DNA of 64,000 nucleotides from Lama guanicoe (lineage: Eukaryota), in NCBI GenBank assembly GCA_013239625.1, contig MU054212.1, forward strand, positions 7,166,270-7,230,269. Direction: 5' to 3'. The first letter of the stretch is position 1. Every line of letters starts with the position of its first letter. The position numbers and the translations under genes were made by a program. Below, piece after piece: positions 13,469 to 26,680 of the stretch. The notes beneath the pieces were generated by a model. It was not told where the DNA came from. It ran no database searches and worked only from the letters and a program-made list of their open reading frames with translations.

Positions 13469-16400
13469 TAGCTTCAATCATGTTAGATAGACTCTACAGA
13501 GAGAAAAAGATTGTTTTCTACTAAGTTATTTTTTAAAAATCTCTTCCTCTGTCTTTAATGAATGGATGACTGGATATTTCATTATCAGCAATAGGTTGGC
13601 CTGCTGCTCTTTGATTTATCCCCTTAGGGACATGTGATGGGTGGCACTTCTTTTCCCCTTGAAGTCAGGTGTTACCTTGTGGGTGGTGTAGTTCCCCCTC
13701 GCCAGCATTTGACTCCCCTTTTTCTTTCCTGGCTGTGTCGATCCCAGAAGCGGGTGACGAGATGGAATTTTAGTCCCACTGGTTCTTGACTGGACATATA
13801 GATGTGAGTGAGAAATCAGCAAAGATTTGGAGGTTGGTTTTTACTGCTTCATATCCCTGCCTGTCCTGCCAGATACAATCGTGATAGAAAAACGGATGTT
13901 TTCCTTCCAGGCCACCTTTTCCCTTTGTTTATGAGACACTAAATGTTTAATTACATGCTTAAGAGGTGAGTAAGGCAAACAAGGTTAAGTCCCTTTTTTC
14001 TTCTTCATTACATTAAATTGCTGTGTAAAAGCATCCTCTCCAGTAAAAATCTTTGATATTTTTAAGTCAGAACACAATAGAGGATTTTTACTACAAGGAG
14101 AATTCTTTTATATTCCCTCTTAAGATAATTCTGATAAAATCATTGCTTTTCCTTCTGTCTGCCTACTGAGGAGGAAGGGTTTCTAGCCAGAAACTGTAGA
14201 ACAATTATGGTTAATCGGGAATTGAGTTCCAAGATTGTTGAAGAGATAGAAAAAGGGCACCTGGACATTTTCAGTGAGTTTAGGTTCCCAAGTCCAGACA
14301 AATTGTGTTTCACATTGAAAGGTATAGCCAGATTTCCACACCACTGAGAAGAGGAAATCAGACACTGTAATAACACCTCTTTCTTTCTTTCTCTCCCTCT
14401 CTCTTTCTCTCTTTTTGGCCCAGAGGAGTGTGGGAGCAACGACACCCCCACTTAGGGATTCTGTTTCCCATCAGCCTCAGAGAGGCCTGTCTCCATTTCC
14501 CTTCCATTCAGGGCTCCATCACCTCGGGCTGTTTCCCACCAGTCTCCACTCATCTGTGGATGTGGCACACACAGACTCCCGACAGCTGACAGACGCCCCA
14601 CTGAGCCCTACCTTTTCATGTAGGAAAAGTGAGGGGGGGAGAAATGAAGAAAACTTGTCTTGAAAGCCTGCAGACTTCTGTACCACAAGGAATGTGGTGA
14701 CCATATGCATCTTAAACCAGACAAGCAACTCACCAACCCTTCAGCTCACCAGTGTGCCGCCACATCTATTCCACGCTCCAAAGCAAACCCTCAAGACCAG
14801 ATTTCCTAGACTTTTCTACCAGACTTTTGCTCAAATAGGGGTGGAGTTGTTAATGCATAATCCCTTACCTGTTAAACTGCCTTTTTCATTACAGCATAAT
14901 TTCCTGGTAGGCGGCACTGATTTTTCACAAGGAATTCCTTCAGAGATTTTTGGCCTTCATGTGGGGGTGCAGCTACTTCATTATAACTGTTATAGGCAAG
15001 CCACCGCTGCATCGCTCGGGTCACAAAGCAGACTTTCATTTTCTCATTTTAATTCCTGCTAATATGGAGCTGATCCATGTTGTTTGTCTCCCTTGGCCCC
15101 AGGTCCCCTACAGGATATGCTGATGTCTCTTCTCCTTAGGTTCTCCAGACCTCATGGCAGGCGGAGTTCTTTCTTAAACCATGAGCGTCAAGGTGGGTAA
15201 CAGAACTCTGAGAGCTCTTCCATAGGGAGGGGTTGATTCCTCATGGCCCTGGTGCCCACTGCCTGTAGTTGAGTGACCTCAAGAGGAAAACATCTGCCCT
15301 AATTTATCTCCAGGCATGATTCAGAAACACTGAATGGCAACCCCTGGGAAAGATGTAAGTAAGACTGCATGCAAGCGCTAATTTAGAGTTGGTTCATACG
15401 TAAGCTCTTGTTTGTGTTTCTTTCAAAGGGATAGCTGTTTTGATCACATTAGATTTCTTTATCCTCGTACCTCAACGTGGCATTATGCTATAATGAGCTC
15501 CCAGCCTGGTTGTATGCAAAACTCAGCGGGTAAAATCAGGACTCAGGAAAGCTAGAGAGCAATTGGGACTATCTGATTTCATAAAGAATCTTTTGTTGGC
15601 AAAGGTTAGTCTTAATGTTCCATTGCCTCCTGAAAGAGACTCAGCCCATACTTCATATCAACAAATGTGGGCTGATTGAAACCAGTTCTGTTTGCTTTGT
15701 GCCCTGATAAATGCAGCCTTCGTTCCTCTAGCACATAGTTTTAGAACAGGGACCAGAAAGGGGAGCTTGGATGGAAAGTTGGAAAATTTGGCTAGTATCG
15801 AGGTAGGTAGCACATCAAGGAGAATCTAAAAGTAAGCGCCCCCAAAATGTGCTTAATATAAATTGTGATGTGGATGCTTCCATTATATCTTAATTACTAG
15901 AGTACGGCAAATCTGGTGGGAGATCTTCTACTTGGTTTTTAGTATAAATAATTATGGTAGATTTTTACACATGATCCCAATTAGAAACAAGAAAGCACGC
16001 ATTGCATAAACTTTTTCATCTACAGAAGGCTTGGAAGTCCTATCACTAAAATATTAGGCTATCTGCTTCATATTTTTTAAAGGTTGACCCTCTTTCTGAA
16101 GCCAGGGATTCAGAAATTCTTTTAGCTGTTATTCATCAGAGTTGAGTTCTAGGTAAAGAGCTCTTACTGCTAGAATTATTTATCACTCTGCCCGGTGAGT
16201 TTGTGACTTTCACAATTTAAATTTTGTACAGTTTAATTTTTTGTCTCTGGATGATCAAAGTGCGTGTTTGACAAAGGGCTAACACTCTACATTTCCAAGT
16301 TTTATTTCGTTAAGAATTTGGGTTGCCAATGATGAGGAAATTAGTTTCAGTAACAGCTACTCTTTTATTCATCTTCTAAAGGAATCGAAAATTAACGGGT

Positions 16401-17949
16401 TTAGAAACAGAATCTGTTTTGCACGGTTTTTAATATCCTGTGAAAAGAACCAACAAAGGGCTTAATAATTAGTATAACAAACACCTTGGTCATGAACAGT
16501 GACAGAAATCCAACTCTAACCAATTTAGTTAAAAGGAGAACTCATTAGAAGACTTGCATAAACATAAGCCAGTAAAGGAGAATAAAGTTCCTCAGTAACA
16601 CCGGGAAGGAAGGAGTGAAGGCCTCTCTAATCTCTGCTCTCTGTGCAGCACCCTCAGTTTCTGAGCCTGGCTTCTTCCACGTGACAGGGGGGCTTCCAGC
16701 AAATTGCAGGGCCTCATCACGTGATATTATTACCAGAAAGCAACTGGCATTTGTTTTCTCGAGTTTTAGGCTAATATATCCTGGGGAAGATCCATGATTG
16801 ACCCTCCCTGTGTCCCCTACCCCTGCCACTCCCCCCACCCCCCATCGTTAGTGGTGACTCCAGTATCTGCAGGAGTAGGACAGTTCCCATTGACATCCAA
16901 GTTGGAAAGGGTATTTTTTCAGAAGAAGAGAATAAGAAGTTATACCCACAGAACAGGAAATTCAGAACATCAGTCCTTCCTTGCCATTGTTTATCTTGTT
17001 TCCATTCATCAGGCAGGTTTTTATGAAGTGCCTACCCTGTGCCAGGTAATCTGAAATAAAGCAATGACCAAAAAGAAAAAGAGAATATCATGATGATTAT
17101 CATTGCTTCTATAGAATCTGAATTACAATACCAACACTGGAATAGGGTAAGAAAGGGTCCTTTCTGTGTGACCAAAATTAGCATTTTGAATGCATATGAA
17201 AGAAGACCGGGCTTAGTTTTCCTTCCTTCTGTTTTAAGTCATTTCCAAGTAAATTAGATGTTTCCCACCCTCCCCTTCTCAACTGTAGTAAACCCGAGGG
17301 TAAGTGTCTCCAGAGATGGTGATAACGTGTTTTATTGTATTTCATTTTGGGGTGTGTGTGCTTGGTAAATATTTGTTAAATCAATGAATTATTGAGGAGG
17401 TGATGTTGTTGTCTCTAGTCAGGAGACAAGGGTAGCTATTAACTGTGACAAAGCAAGCATCATTGTTTTTGTCATTCTTCAACATTTAAGTGGTCAGAAT
17501 CAAATAATCCCATATAACAAAGTCATTTTCTACAATTATCTCAAGATGTATTTTGCAACTAATTCCTTCTGGCAGCTACATCTGGATGTTGTGTCATTTC
17601 AGGCTAGTCTGTGAGAATAACACTGAAGAATTTTCCTGACTCAGATTGAATGATGAGTAATGCTTGCTTTGGAAAAAATTCAGTATACCTGTTTTTTATT
17701 TTCTGCACTGTGCTGTGCAGTATAAGGTATATAACTATTTCTGTTGTTGTTTGAGTATTCATTATTATTTTGTTTTGTTAAGTGATCTTTAAAATAGTTG
17801 TGAAATAGTGCGTAATTTATATAATATATATTATATAAGTTATATAACATAGAGATTATATTAATGTACAGTTTAAAGATGAGGGAAGTAATTTGTGCTT
17901 CTAAATACAAAACTATTTTAAAAGTATGAAATTTCCCCCTTCAGCTTTT

Positions 17950-18400
17950 GTTTTTCTACCATTCTCCAGGGTAGCAATTGTTAACCATTTGACTATTTCT
18001 ATCTGGTGTGAATGTGTGTGTGGGGTTTGTGGGTGTATGTGTATGTACACCACATGCCCTTGAGTATATGCCTCCTCTATACATACTGCCCTTCAGCTTG
18101 CATATTTTCACTCATCACTTTCTCACGGAGAGCCTTCATATCAGTACATATTTTCTTTCTCATGGCTGTGTATTATTTTGTGATATGTGTGTGCCTTCAC
18201 TTACTGAATTTTCTCCCTGTTAGGTTGTCTTTTGAAAAAAAAGCTTCAAATGATGCTTTATTAAACATGCAGGAATGAGCTGAGAGTTTCTGTACGAAAA
18301 ATATCTAAAGATGGACTAGGTTCAACAAATGGGACCACCTACCTTTTACATTTTAATAATGCTGCTAAATTACCCTCCAAGTGAGTTTGCAGTATTTGCT
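17950..18400 (-). mobile_element. Old L1M(E) fragment
   Basis: ctccagggtagcaattgttaacc…catggctgtgtattattt…taggttgtctttt…taaattaccctccaa. Confidence 0.6.
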
Positions 18401-18402
18401 AT

Positions 18403-18672
18403 GAGGTAGCATAGTGTGATGGTGAAACCCTTGGAGTCTAAGGGCTTGAGTTTGAATCCCAGCTCTGCTTCTTACTTTGTACTAGCCTGATATAACTGAA
18501 TTAATATGTCTGCATCTCAATTTTCTCATTTACAAAAGAATAATACCTACTTTGATGGGTGATTGTGAGAACTACATATGTTAAAACATAAGTCAAGTTC
18601 TTATAAAAATGCCTAATCTACTTTTGTTACAAAATGCTTTCTAGCCCTCTGTAAGTGCTACCTGTCTATTAT
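18403..18672 (+). mobile_element. MIR SINE
   Basis: gagtttgaatcccagctctgcttcttact…catctcaattttctcatttacaaaag…taatacctact. Confidence 0.85.
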
Positions 18673-19534
18673 TAACATGAACACCTTGTAAGGATTCCCA
18701 AGATAAGGAAATTTGGGGTGTCAACTGATTCATGCTTCAAAATGTTATCCTGAGGAGAATACTGGCTTTGACCATAGATTTCCATGTGGACAGGTGTTTG
18801 ATGTCCCTATGTGGACAAAAATACACAATAAGCTTCTTAATTTTCATAATATTTTATCAATTCTGCCACCTGCAAGTCTGCTTTTCAGAGTTATCGTATC
18901 TTTCTTTGGTAGTAAAATATAAAAAATTTCCAAGTTGTCCTTAGGGTATATGATCTTAATTTAATCACATTGGACCTTGGGAATATTATCTACCTGGGTT
19001 ATTTCACCTACTTAGTCGCAATTATATTTTTATGTTGTGTTTAGATTTTTCTGAGAGGTTCTGCAGCAAAATCTGTGTGTTCTGTGTTTGCTTCTATGAA
19101 TCTCTCATTGAAGATCTTGTCTGTTACTGGCCAGTGCCTCCTTGTGAATTTCCACATGAAGCAGTTGTCTTAGTTTAGAAATAAAAGCTTTACCTGCTCT
19201 GACAAACTAGTGTTCCTTTCATTAAGCTACCAGGAGTTAGCTGACTATTTACGTCTAAATTGTCGCTGCCTTGAAATTAGTACCATGTACTAGGTCAGAG
19301 CCACAGCAACTCTGTCATCTGGCATAATTTCTCAGTTTTGAAATATTCCATTGTATTTTTCTTCTTTAAATGTATGCATATTTTTAAAGGAAGGTATGAT
19401 AAGAAAAGTAATGTAGAAATTATATCCACTGTGTTTTAGGTGAGAAATGATGAAATATGAGCTCAGTGACAAGACACTGAAAGAATCTGCAGATGTGATC
19501 AGGAGTGCTGCTGATAATCATGGGGAAAATCACA

Positions 19535-19795
19535 GAGAGCAAGGGAGTCATTGTCCCAGAATTGAACCATCTGGGTTCAAATCTGGGTTCTACCATTTTG
19601 TAGCTGTGTAACTTTGGGAGAGTCAGATTAACACCTCTGCGTCTTAGTTACCTCATGTGTCATCTGTAAAATGAGGATGATAATAGTTCCTCTATATGAT
19701 GAGGTAGTTGTTAGGCGGATTAAGTTTACATATGCACGTTAGAATGATGCTTGGTGCAAAGTAACTGCTGTGTATTTGCTAATTGTTATTATTGT
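19535..19795 (+). mobile_element. MIR SINE
   Basis: ctgggttcaaatctgggttctaccattttgtagctgtgtaactttggg…catctgtaaaatgaggatgataatag. Confidence 0.9.
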
Positions 19796-20149
19796 AAAAA
19801 GAGGGAAATACATTTTTTGAAATCACAGACTGTTGAGCTTTATCTCAACTCTCAGTAAAATTCTGGAGTGTGTTATTAAACAGAAATGGAAGTAGTGATC
19901 CCCAGAAGGCATTATGGATTCTCTAAGTTAATTCATGTCAAACTAAATTACTTTATTTTGATAGGATTATTAGACATACAGCAGGAGGATGTGCTTGTTG
20001 GAGCTACATTTCAGCTAGTCATTTGGCATAGTCTCTTGTGGAACTCTTTTAAAAGTGATGGACAGATATGAACTGGGCGATAGTATAATTAAATGAATTT
20101 TTAGCAGATTGAACTTCTATAGACAAAGTATATTGATTGGCTAATCAGT

Positions 20150-21200
20150 ATCATTCTGAAAGGAAATCCCAGTGGCAGCCACACAGTTTGTTGCTTTGTT
20201 TTCCATTGCCTTGTTCAGCTGTCATGAATAACCTGGAGGAATCCATCAAATCATGCTTGTCAAATGCGTGGCTACCACGAAATAAAAAAGGAAACTGAAC
20301 AGTTGGACAAGAGAATAATGACTCTAAAAGAACTTTATAAGCTTGGACAAACAACCCACACCTAAAAAGATGAAATTTAACCAAGAAAGATATTTCTAAA
20401 ACTTGTGGATAGCACAGAGTTTAGCTGTTACCTTCAACAATCAAATATCAGGGAATAATAGGATTTCAGAGCCTGCAAAAATGGATTGAAACAAACACTA
20501 GCATGCTCAAGATACATTTATGTCCAGCCAAGTTTGGAAAATACACCACAGAATTATGCATGTGGTGTCAGAAGCAAATGCTGAAAGATCTGGAAGTTTT
20601 AGTTGATTGACAGTGTGAGGACTGCTGAAAAAGAGCCAGCACTGTATTAGGTCACAGTAATGTATTTCACGAGTTAGAAAAAGCGAAATAGTAGTTTTAC
20701 TATACATGTTACGTTTCAGTCAGACTACATTTAGAATATTTATCAAAGGTATTTAGGTGATTTATTTCAATTGATATAGTTCTTAAAGATGTTGTGTTTT
20801 ACAAGTGACATTGGCAAACCCTAGAATATTCAAAGAAGGGTGATTGGGAGGCAGTGTCTGTAAGATATTTTCTGTTAGGATTGATGGAAGAAACTGAGGA
20901 TCCATTAGCCTGGGTTGAAAGGGAGGCTGGGCCCCTAACGGTGTTTTCAAACAGGTGGCAGTATATCTCGGGAATAAATTTTTGGACCCCACTTTATAAC
21001 ACAATTACCTTACTTTAAGCTTTTATGGTAGGAAAGTGCTTGTACATTAATATTAAATGTTTGTCACGTTCAAAGGCAAAAACTAGGTCTCTGTAGTATT
21101 AGAAGTAATAGGAAAGCAGATTTTTTTTATTTGATGCACAAAAGAAACGTTTTAATAATTAGTAGGTTCTGAATAGACTATCTGTGAATTTCTGTAACAT
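20150..21200 (+). mobile_element. L3/CR1 LINE remnants
   Basis: gatgaaatttaac…agccagcactgtattagg…gtcagactacatttagaatatt…aaactgaggatccattagcctgg resemble the CR1 RT 3' region. Confidence 0.6.
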
Positions 21201-21273
21201 TTCTTTTTCATTAAAGAGATGTTGGACTTTTAAAAACAGGTTTCACATACATCATCATTTAAATAATTATTAA

Positions 21274-21521
21274 TTTTTTTCTTTTTTCTTTTTTCTTTTT
21301 TTTAACATTTTTTATTGATTTATAATCATTTTACAATGTTGTGTCAAATTCCAGTGTTCAGCACAATTTTTCAGTCATTCATGGACATATACACACTCAT
21401 TGTCACATTTTTTTCCTCTGTGACTTATCATAACATTTTGTGTATATTTCCCTGTGCTATACAGTATAATCTTGTTTATCTATTCTACAATTTTGAAATC
21501 CCAGTCTATCCCTTCCCACCC
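21274..21521 (-). mobile_element. Young 5'-truncated L1 3' UTR with poly(A)-derived tail
   Basis: T-rich tail at 21274-21303, reverse AATAAA at 21311-16, then tttccctgtgctatacag…ctatcccttcccaccc, typical of a cetartiodactyl L1 3' end. Confidence 0.8.
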
Positions 21522-22334
21522 AATTAATATTTCTCTTTTACCTTTTTTAGAACATAGAAATTCTAGTTGTCTCTCACTTTGTTTTCTTTCTGTGTATAAA
21601 AGGAATGTCAACCATTTGTAAAGGTTAGAAACTTACTGAGGTAGAACAAGGTCACCAAAATCCCACAGGAAATCAGAAGTCACCTCTCAGTTGCACAGAA
21701 TTGTATCTGCACATTCAGATAGTGATCACTCTGAGCTGTTCTGGGCCTCAAAAAGCCATTTCTCGACTCTCAGCTGTGCTCAGGTTTTATGAAGCTGGAC
21801 AACCAAAATAACTTGACTGTAAGACAGAATTTCCTTCTGATGGATATTCTATGATGCCATATGTCACAGTTGCTCAAAAGTTTGTCTTTAAGCAGACATT
21901 GTTGGAAGTAAGTTGTTTCTGCTGATCTTCTCTATTTTTACTTGATTTGTAACACAACCATAACAGGATAATTTGTCCCCGCAGGGTGCTTTTCTTCCTG
22001 GGTAACAGCGCAATGTCTAAGAGTGCCGTGTCACATAATCCCTCTTGCTAAACACAGAGAGAGAGACTCGGGGGGTAATGAAACCAGGCACCGCACGGTG
22101 CAGGTTTATGTCTGAAGCCACAGTGGAATAAATTTGGCCATGATCAGGCGACGAGGGGTGGCTATATGTGTCTAACCTAATTTGTAGAAACCCTCATGCA
22201 GTTTACACAGGAATTCTCAGAGAGGGACCACATGTAATGTCCATCACTTTTTTATAGCTCTCTTCTTTGTGTTGAAAAGATTATGTTTCCAGGCTGTACT
22301 CAAAGGGAGCACTCCTACCCAGCCAGTAGTATTA

Positions 22335-22560
22335 GCCAGTGTTTATTGGCACGTGCTGCTATGCGCAGTCATTCGGCATGCTGAAATTATAAGTGCTTTA
22401 CTCTCACTGTCTCAGTGAGTCCTCACAACATTTTTATAAATGAGGAAATGAAGAAACTGAGAATCCGGGAGGTGAAATATGTTATCTAAGATCAGACAGC
22501 TAATGAGTAGGGCTTCCTGGGTCATCTGACTCCAAAGCTCATAACCTTCTTTATTATTCT
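22335..22560 (-). mobile_element. MIR SINE
   Basis: gtcctcacaacattttt…atgaagaaactgaga…ggaggtgaaat…ctgactccaaagctc. Confidence 0.8.
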
Positions 22561-22599
22561 ATAAAAATTCCTAATATATGGCAACTCAACATTAACTTG

Positions 22600-22780
22600 G
22601 GCTTCATCTTTATCGAAGCCTACCAAGTGGTGCTATAACCTGGCGATATAAACGTGAATGAGGACCGAGGTCCTCGATCTCATGAGGCTTGCACTGTACC
22701 AGGCAGAGGATCATTAAACAGAGAATGCTAATTAATGACTGTTTGACAGGTGCTACCAAGCGAAAGTACAGTCTGAACTG
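22600..22780 (-). mobile_element. L2 fragment
   Basis: tttatcgaagcctaccaagtggtgcta…gtgaatgaggaccgaggtcctcgatctcatgaggcttgca. Confidence 0.6.
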
Positions 22781-23509
22781 TTATCCGAGAGTTCAAGGAA
22801 ATATCTGATTGTTGTTAGATTTGAGATGGCTGAAGTGGGGATTGTGAGGTAGATACTGCATGTGGTACCTTGACTGTAGGCCCTCAGTGTCTTCTGTAAA
22901 ACCCCTGTGCTCATGATGAAAGGCAATGTAATTTAGTAGAAGGAGCAAGCTGCAGTGTTGGCCAGGCCCATCACTTCCTGACTGCCAGGCCTTGGGGACA
23001 TTTTATCTTCTTGAAGGCGCCTTCCTTCTGGGTGAAGTAGGCCTGATGCTCAAGGCTATTGTAACAAAATCTCCGCATCTTTTAAGTCACACATTCACAA
23101 ATACCACTACAGCATATAATTTCCCTATAAAATGCATGCATGAGAGTAGAATAGAACAATTCTAAGTATCATCTTTGAACCCTTAATTAGTAACCACATA
23201 TGTGAGGAGCAGAGAACAACCTAACTGAGGTGCAGATGTTGGGCAATGGGCAAGGCGCTGTCACCTTTTATGTGATTTATTTCCTCATCTGAATCCTTGC
23301 AGCAGTTCAAATTCAGATTTCATCAAAATGACAAGGATCTTTGAGGTTTCTCAAGAACGATGGAAATAGGGAATATTAAATATATGAGTCCAGGTGTCTG
23401 TTGTAATACAAGTAAAACCTCCGGAGACTTAGCATGGAAGAGTTGTCCAGTAAATATCAGCAGCTCTCATTGTATTTAAATATTGTCACCATCAATATCA
23501 TCATGTATA

Positions 23510-23720
23510 CAAGTCCTGTCTTTCTACTTAGTGGCTTTATGACCTTGGACCAATTACTTCAACTTCATGCATTTCAGAGGAAGTTAATCCTGCCTCTTCT
23601 GTGCACCTCACTGAGCTGTTGTAAGAGTCAAATTAAAAAGACATATATATATGTGTATATGTTGTATGTAAGCAAATGAAATACTATATGTTGTATGTAA
23701 ACACTCTAATTATAGAGAGC
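23510..23720 (+). mobile_element. MIR fragment
   Basis: tctacttagtggctttatgaccttggaccaattacttcaacttc. Confidence 0.65.
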
Positions 23721-25939
23721 TGAATAATGGTTTATAAATTTTATAAGCCTCAAGTCATTTACTTAATACGTGAGATCTTAAATAGCTAAACATTATAGCG
23801 AGCTGCCAGTTTGGATTAAGGGAAGACACTGTAATGTCTGGTGTTTGTTTCTCATTTGTTTTAGGGCCTAGTGTTTGTTATTCATTTAGGATTCCACAAA
23901 TCTAAACATGTATCATTGACGTGATTTTGAATTGTGGAAGTCGTTTTATTTTGCAATTAAATAAGTAAGCTCAGAAAATTTTCTTTAGGGCCTGAAGGAC
24001 CAAAACTTTAACCATTAGATGAACACTGGTCTAATGTGTTTGTCTTAGGGATACTTGAAATGACTTTTTTGTTTGACCGGCACCTAAGAAATCTTGCGTG
24101 AGCTTTATAATGTTTGAGACATGGCATTCCTGAACCAGAAAAGTGCTGAAAGAGCAAGCCTGAAACAGAGAAATACATTCTTAATGGGGCCTGTGTCCTC
24201 AGTGATTTGGCAAACATATCTTTCCTTCTCTTACCTTTATTGCTCTCCTTTTTTGCAGGTTTTTTCTCCTCCCACTGGGGCATGTGGAAGTCTGGGGGAG
24301 GAGGTTTCTGGGACGAGAGTCTGTCTTGCCTCAGAGTTGCATGAATCTAAGTGTCTTTGAGATGGACGTTGATATAGTTAGTTTCATCAGTAAAGAAGGT
24401 GACATCCAGCAGTGTCTTTGCCAATTCTGCACATGTGTTCACATCCTCGGAAAAAATACAAAGGAATCCATTGCTGGGAAGGCTGCTGATTATGTGTATG
24501 CTTTGTGTCCTTAGCCATGGAAGTCCCCCTTTTTGGAGAGCAGTGCTGAATTGGAAACCTGTTGGGTGTAGCCATGCTGAAGAAGGTAGTTGAGAACTGA
24601 AAGGACTTATTGCATGAGGCAGAAGCATGAGAGTGTATAAGACCCAGCTCTCAGAGAGGGAGAATCAAGTGGAATCACAAGTACAGCTCTCACGCAGGAG
24701 AACAGTTTGTTTTACAAAGAAAGAAAGGACATTTTATATAAAGATTGAACACTGTGACCGACTCTGATTTGTATAGAAGGGACAGTAATATCTGGCCAGT
24801 GGTTTCTAATTACAGCCTTCTCTTGGCAGTGCAAGCTCTAATAATTCTAGCTACGGATATTCTTAAGAAAATAGCAGTTTTAAGGGCCTGTTTTTGAGGA
24901 AATAAATTATAAAGCAGCTCAGTTTTCAGCAAAAAAATCTTTGAAAGGGACTAGAAAAGATCACTTTTTATCCAAAGCAAATAGTGTAGAAAAAAGAAAA
25001 CAGAGATATTGGACGGAGACACAATTCATAGTCTTTATAGAAACATGGTTCTGTGCTTCTGTATTATTAGAACTATTAAGAATTCAATTAGCTGTTCATA
25101 TAGATAATAATTATCACAGTTCAGTGGCTTTTGTATGTATTAGAAGTAAAGTGTGAGAATATTACATGAAAAAGTGTATTCACAGTTGCAACCAAAAATA
25201 TAAACCACTTAGTAAAAAGCTTATTACAGTTTATAAAATAAAGCTTAAACATACGGAACAACGTGTGTACATTTCTTAAAAATGTAATTAGATGTCTCAT
25301 TTAATTCCAGTCTAAATTTCATCTGGAAATATAAAAAGGTGAATAATGAAAAATTTAAGAAAGAATAATGAGAGTGATGTCCTACCTAGACAGTGAAGAG
25401 TGTTGTGATATTACAGCAGTTTAAACAGGGTAATGCTGGCCCAGGAATTGATTGAAAGATCAGGGGGACATGGCAGGACTCCTGGATGAGCCCCAAGGAC
25501 AGCAGTTTGCAGTTTATTTCAGAGACCCTGAAACTTCCCAGAAGTGCCCTTGGCCACTGGGGGGAGTAGGTATGGGGGTTCTGAGCACTCTCATCTCCAC
25601 CTTGAATGACAGCTCTGCTTTTGTGCATTTTAGATATTGATTTTCCACATTTATATGTTGGTTTCATATCGAAAAGAATTTTCATTGCCCTAATGTTAGT
25701 GTAGGGTTGAGAATGCCTCACTAGCCTCAGCTGGCTTATGAGACAGATTATGTTGGGGAATCTTGACTTCTGTTAATAGGCAGTGAGGGCTTCAGTTAGT
25801 GCTTCACCTTGGTGCAAGATGAACTAAAAAAATGCAAACATAAAAGACTTGCAAGAAATATTTGTAGGCTTTTCCCAATGGAAAAGTCTGATGGAGTTGT
25901 TTATGTGAAAATAGAAAACTTTGCGTATCTCCCTAAATA

Positions 25940-26680
25940 TCTAAAAAATAAGCAACAAAAGGAATAAATATCTTATTATTAATATGCAAAAGAATGAATA
26001 TTATTCTTACTATATAAATAGCTTTTTTCTTTAATAAGAAAAGCAGAAATATCCCATGTCATACCCCGTAAGATATTCACTTGAAAAAAATTTTTCTTTG
26101 TTCTCATTAGTATTTACAGAAGTATAATTAAAGTAACAGTGAATTACCACTTATTTGACCTATTAAGTTGGTAAATATTACTAAAAAGATAATGTTTAAT
26201 ACCAACGAAATTATGGAGAGAGAGAGGCAGATTCAGTTCTGCTTGATGAGAGTATAAATTTTTAAAATATTTCTGGAAATAGTTGGCAGTGTATCAAGAG
26301 ACATGATAAAGCTGACATCCTTTGACTCAGTAATACTCTTACGAATGTTACATTCAGTATATTCTTTGGAAATTAGCTTTTATTAATTGAATTTTTAAAA
26401 CCATGTAAATACCTATCCTCATTTAAGTGTTAATTATGGTGCCCAGTTTGAAAAATTTACATGAAGAAAAAGTAAGATAGCTAACAAGGTGCACATGTAC
26501 TTTACATAATTATAGTTATATTTAAAAAGTATGTATGACTAGAAAAAACTAGAAGGAAAACACAGATACTAGCACCGGTTAATATTCTTGGTTGTAAGCT
26601 TATGGGTGCATTTTGTTATGATATAAGCATGAGTGTGTGTTTTTTTTCAGTTTTCACTATCAGAAAACAAGGTTATCTTA
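25940..26680 (+). mobile_element. Old L1ME fragment
   Basis: gagtataaatt…tttctggaaatagttggcagtgtatcaagag…atcctttgactcagtaatac. Confidence 0.7.
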
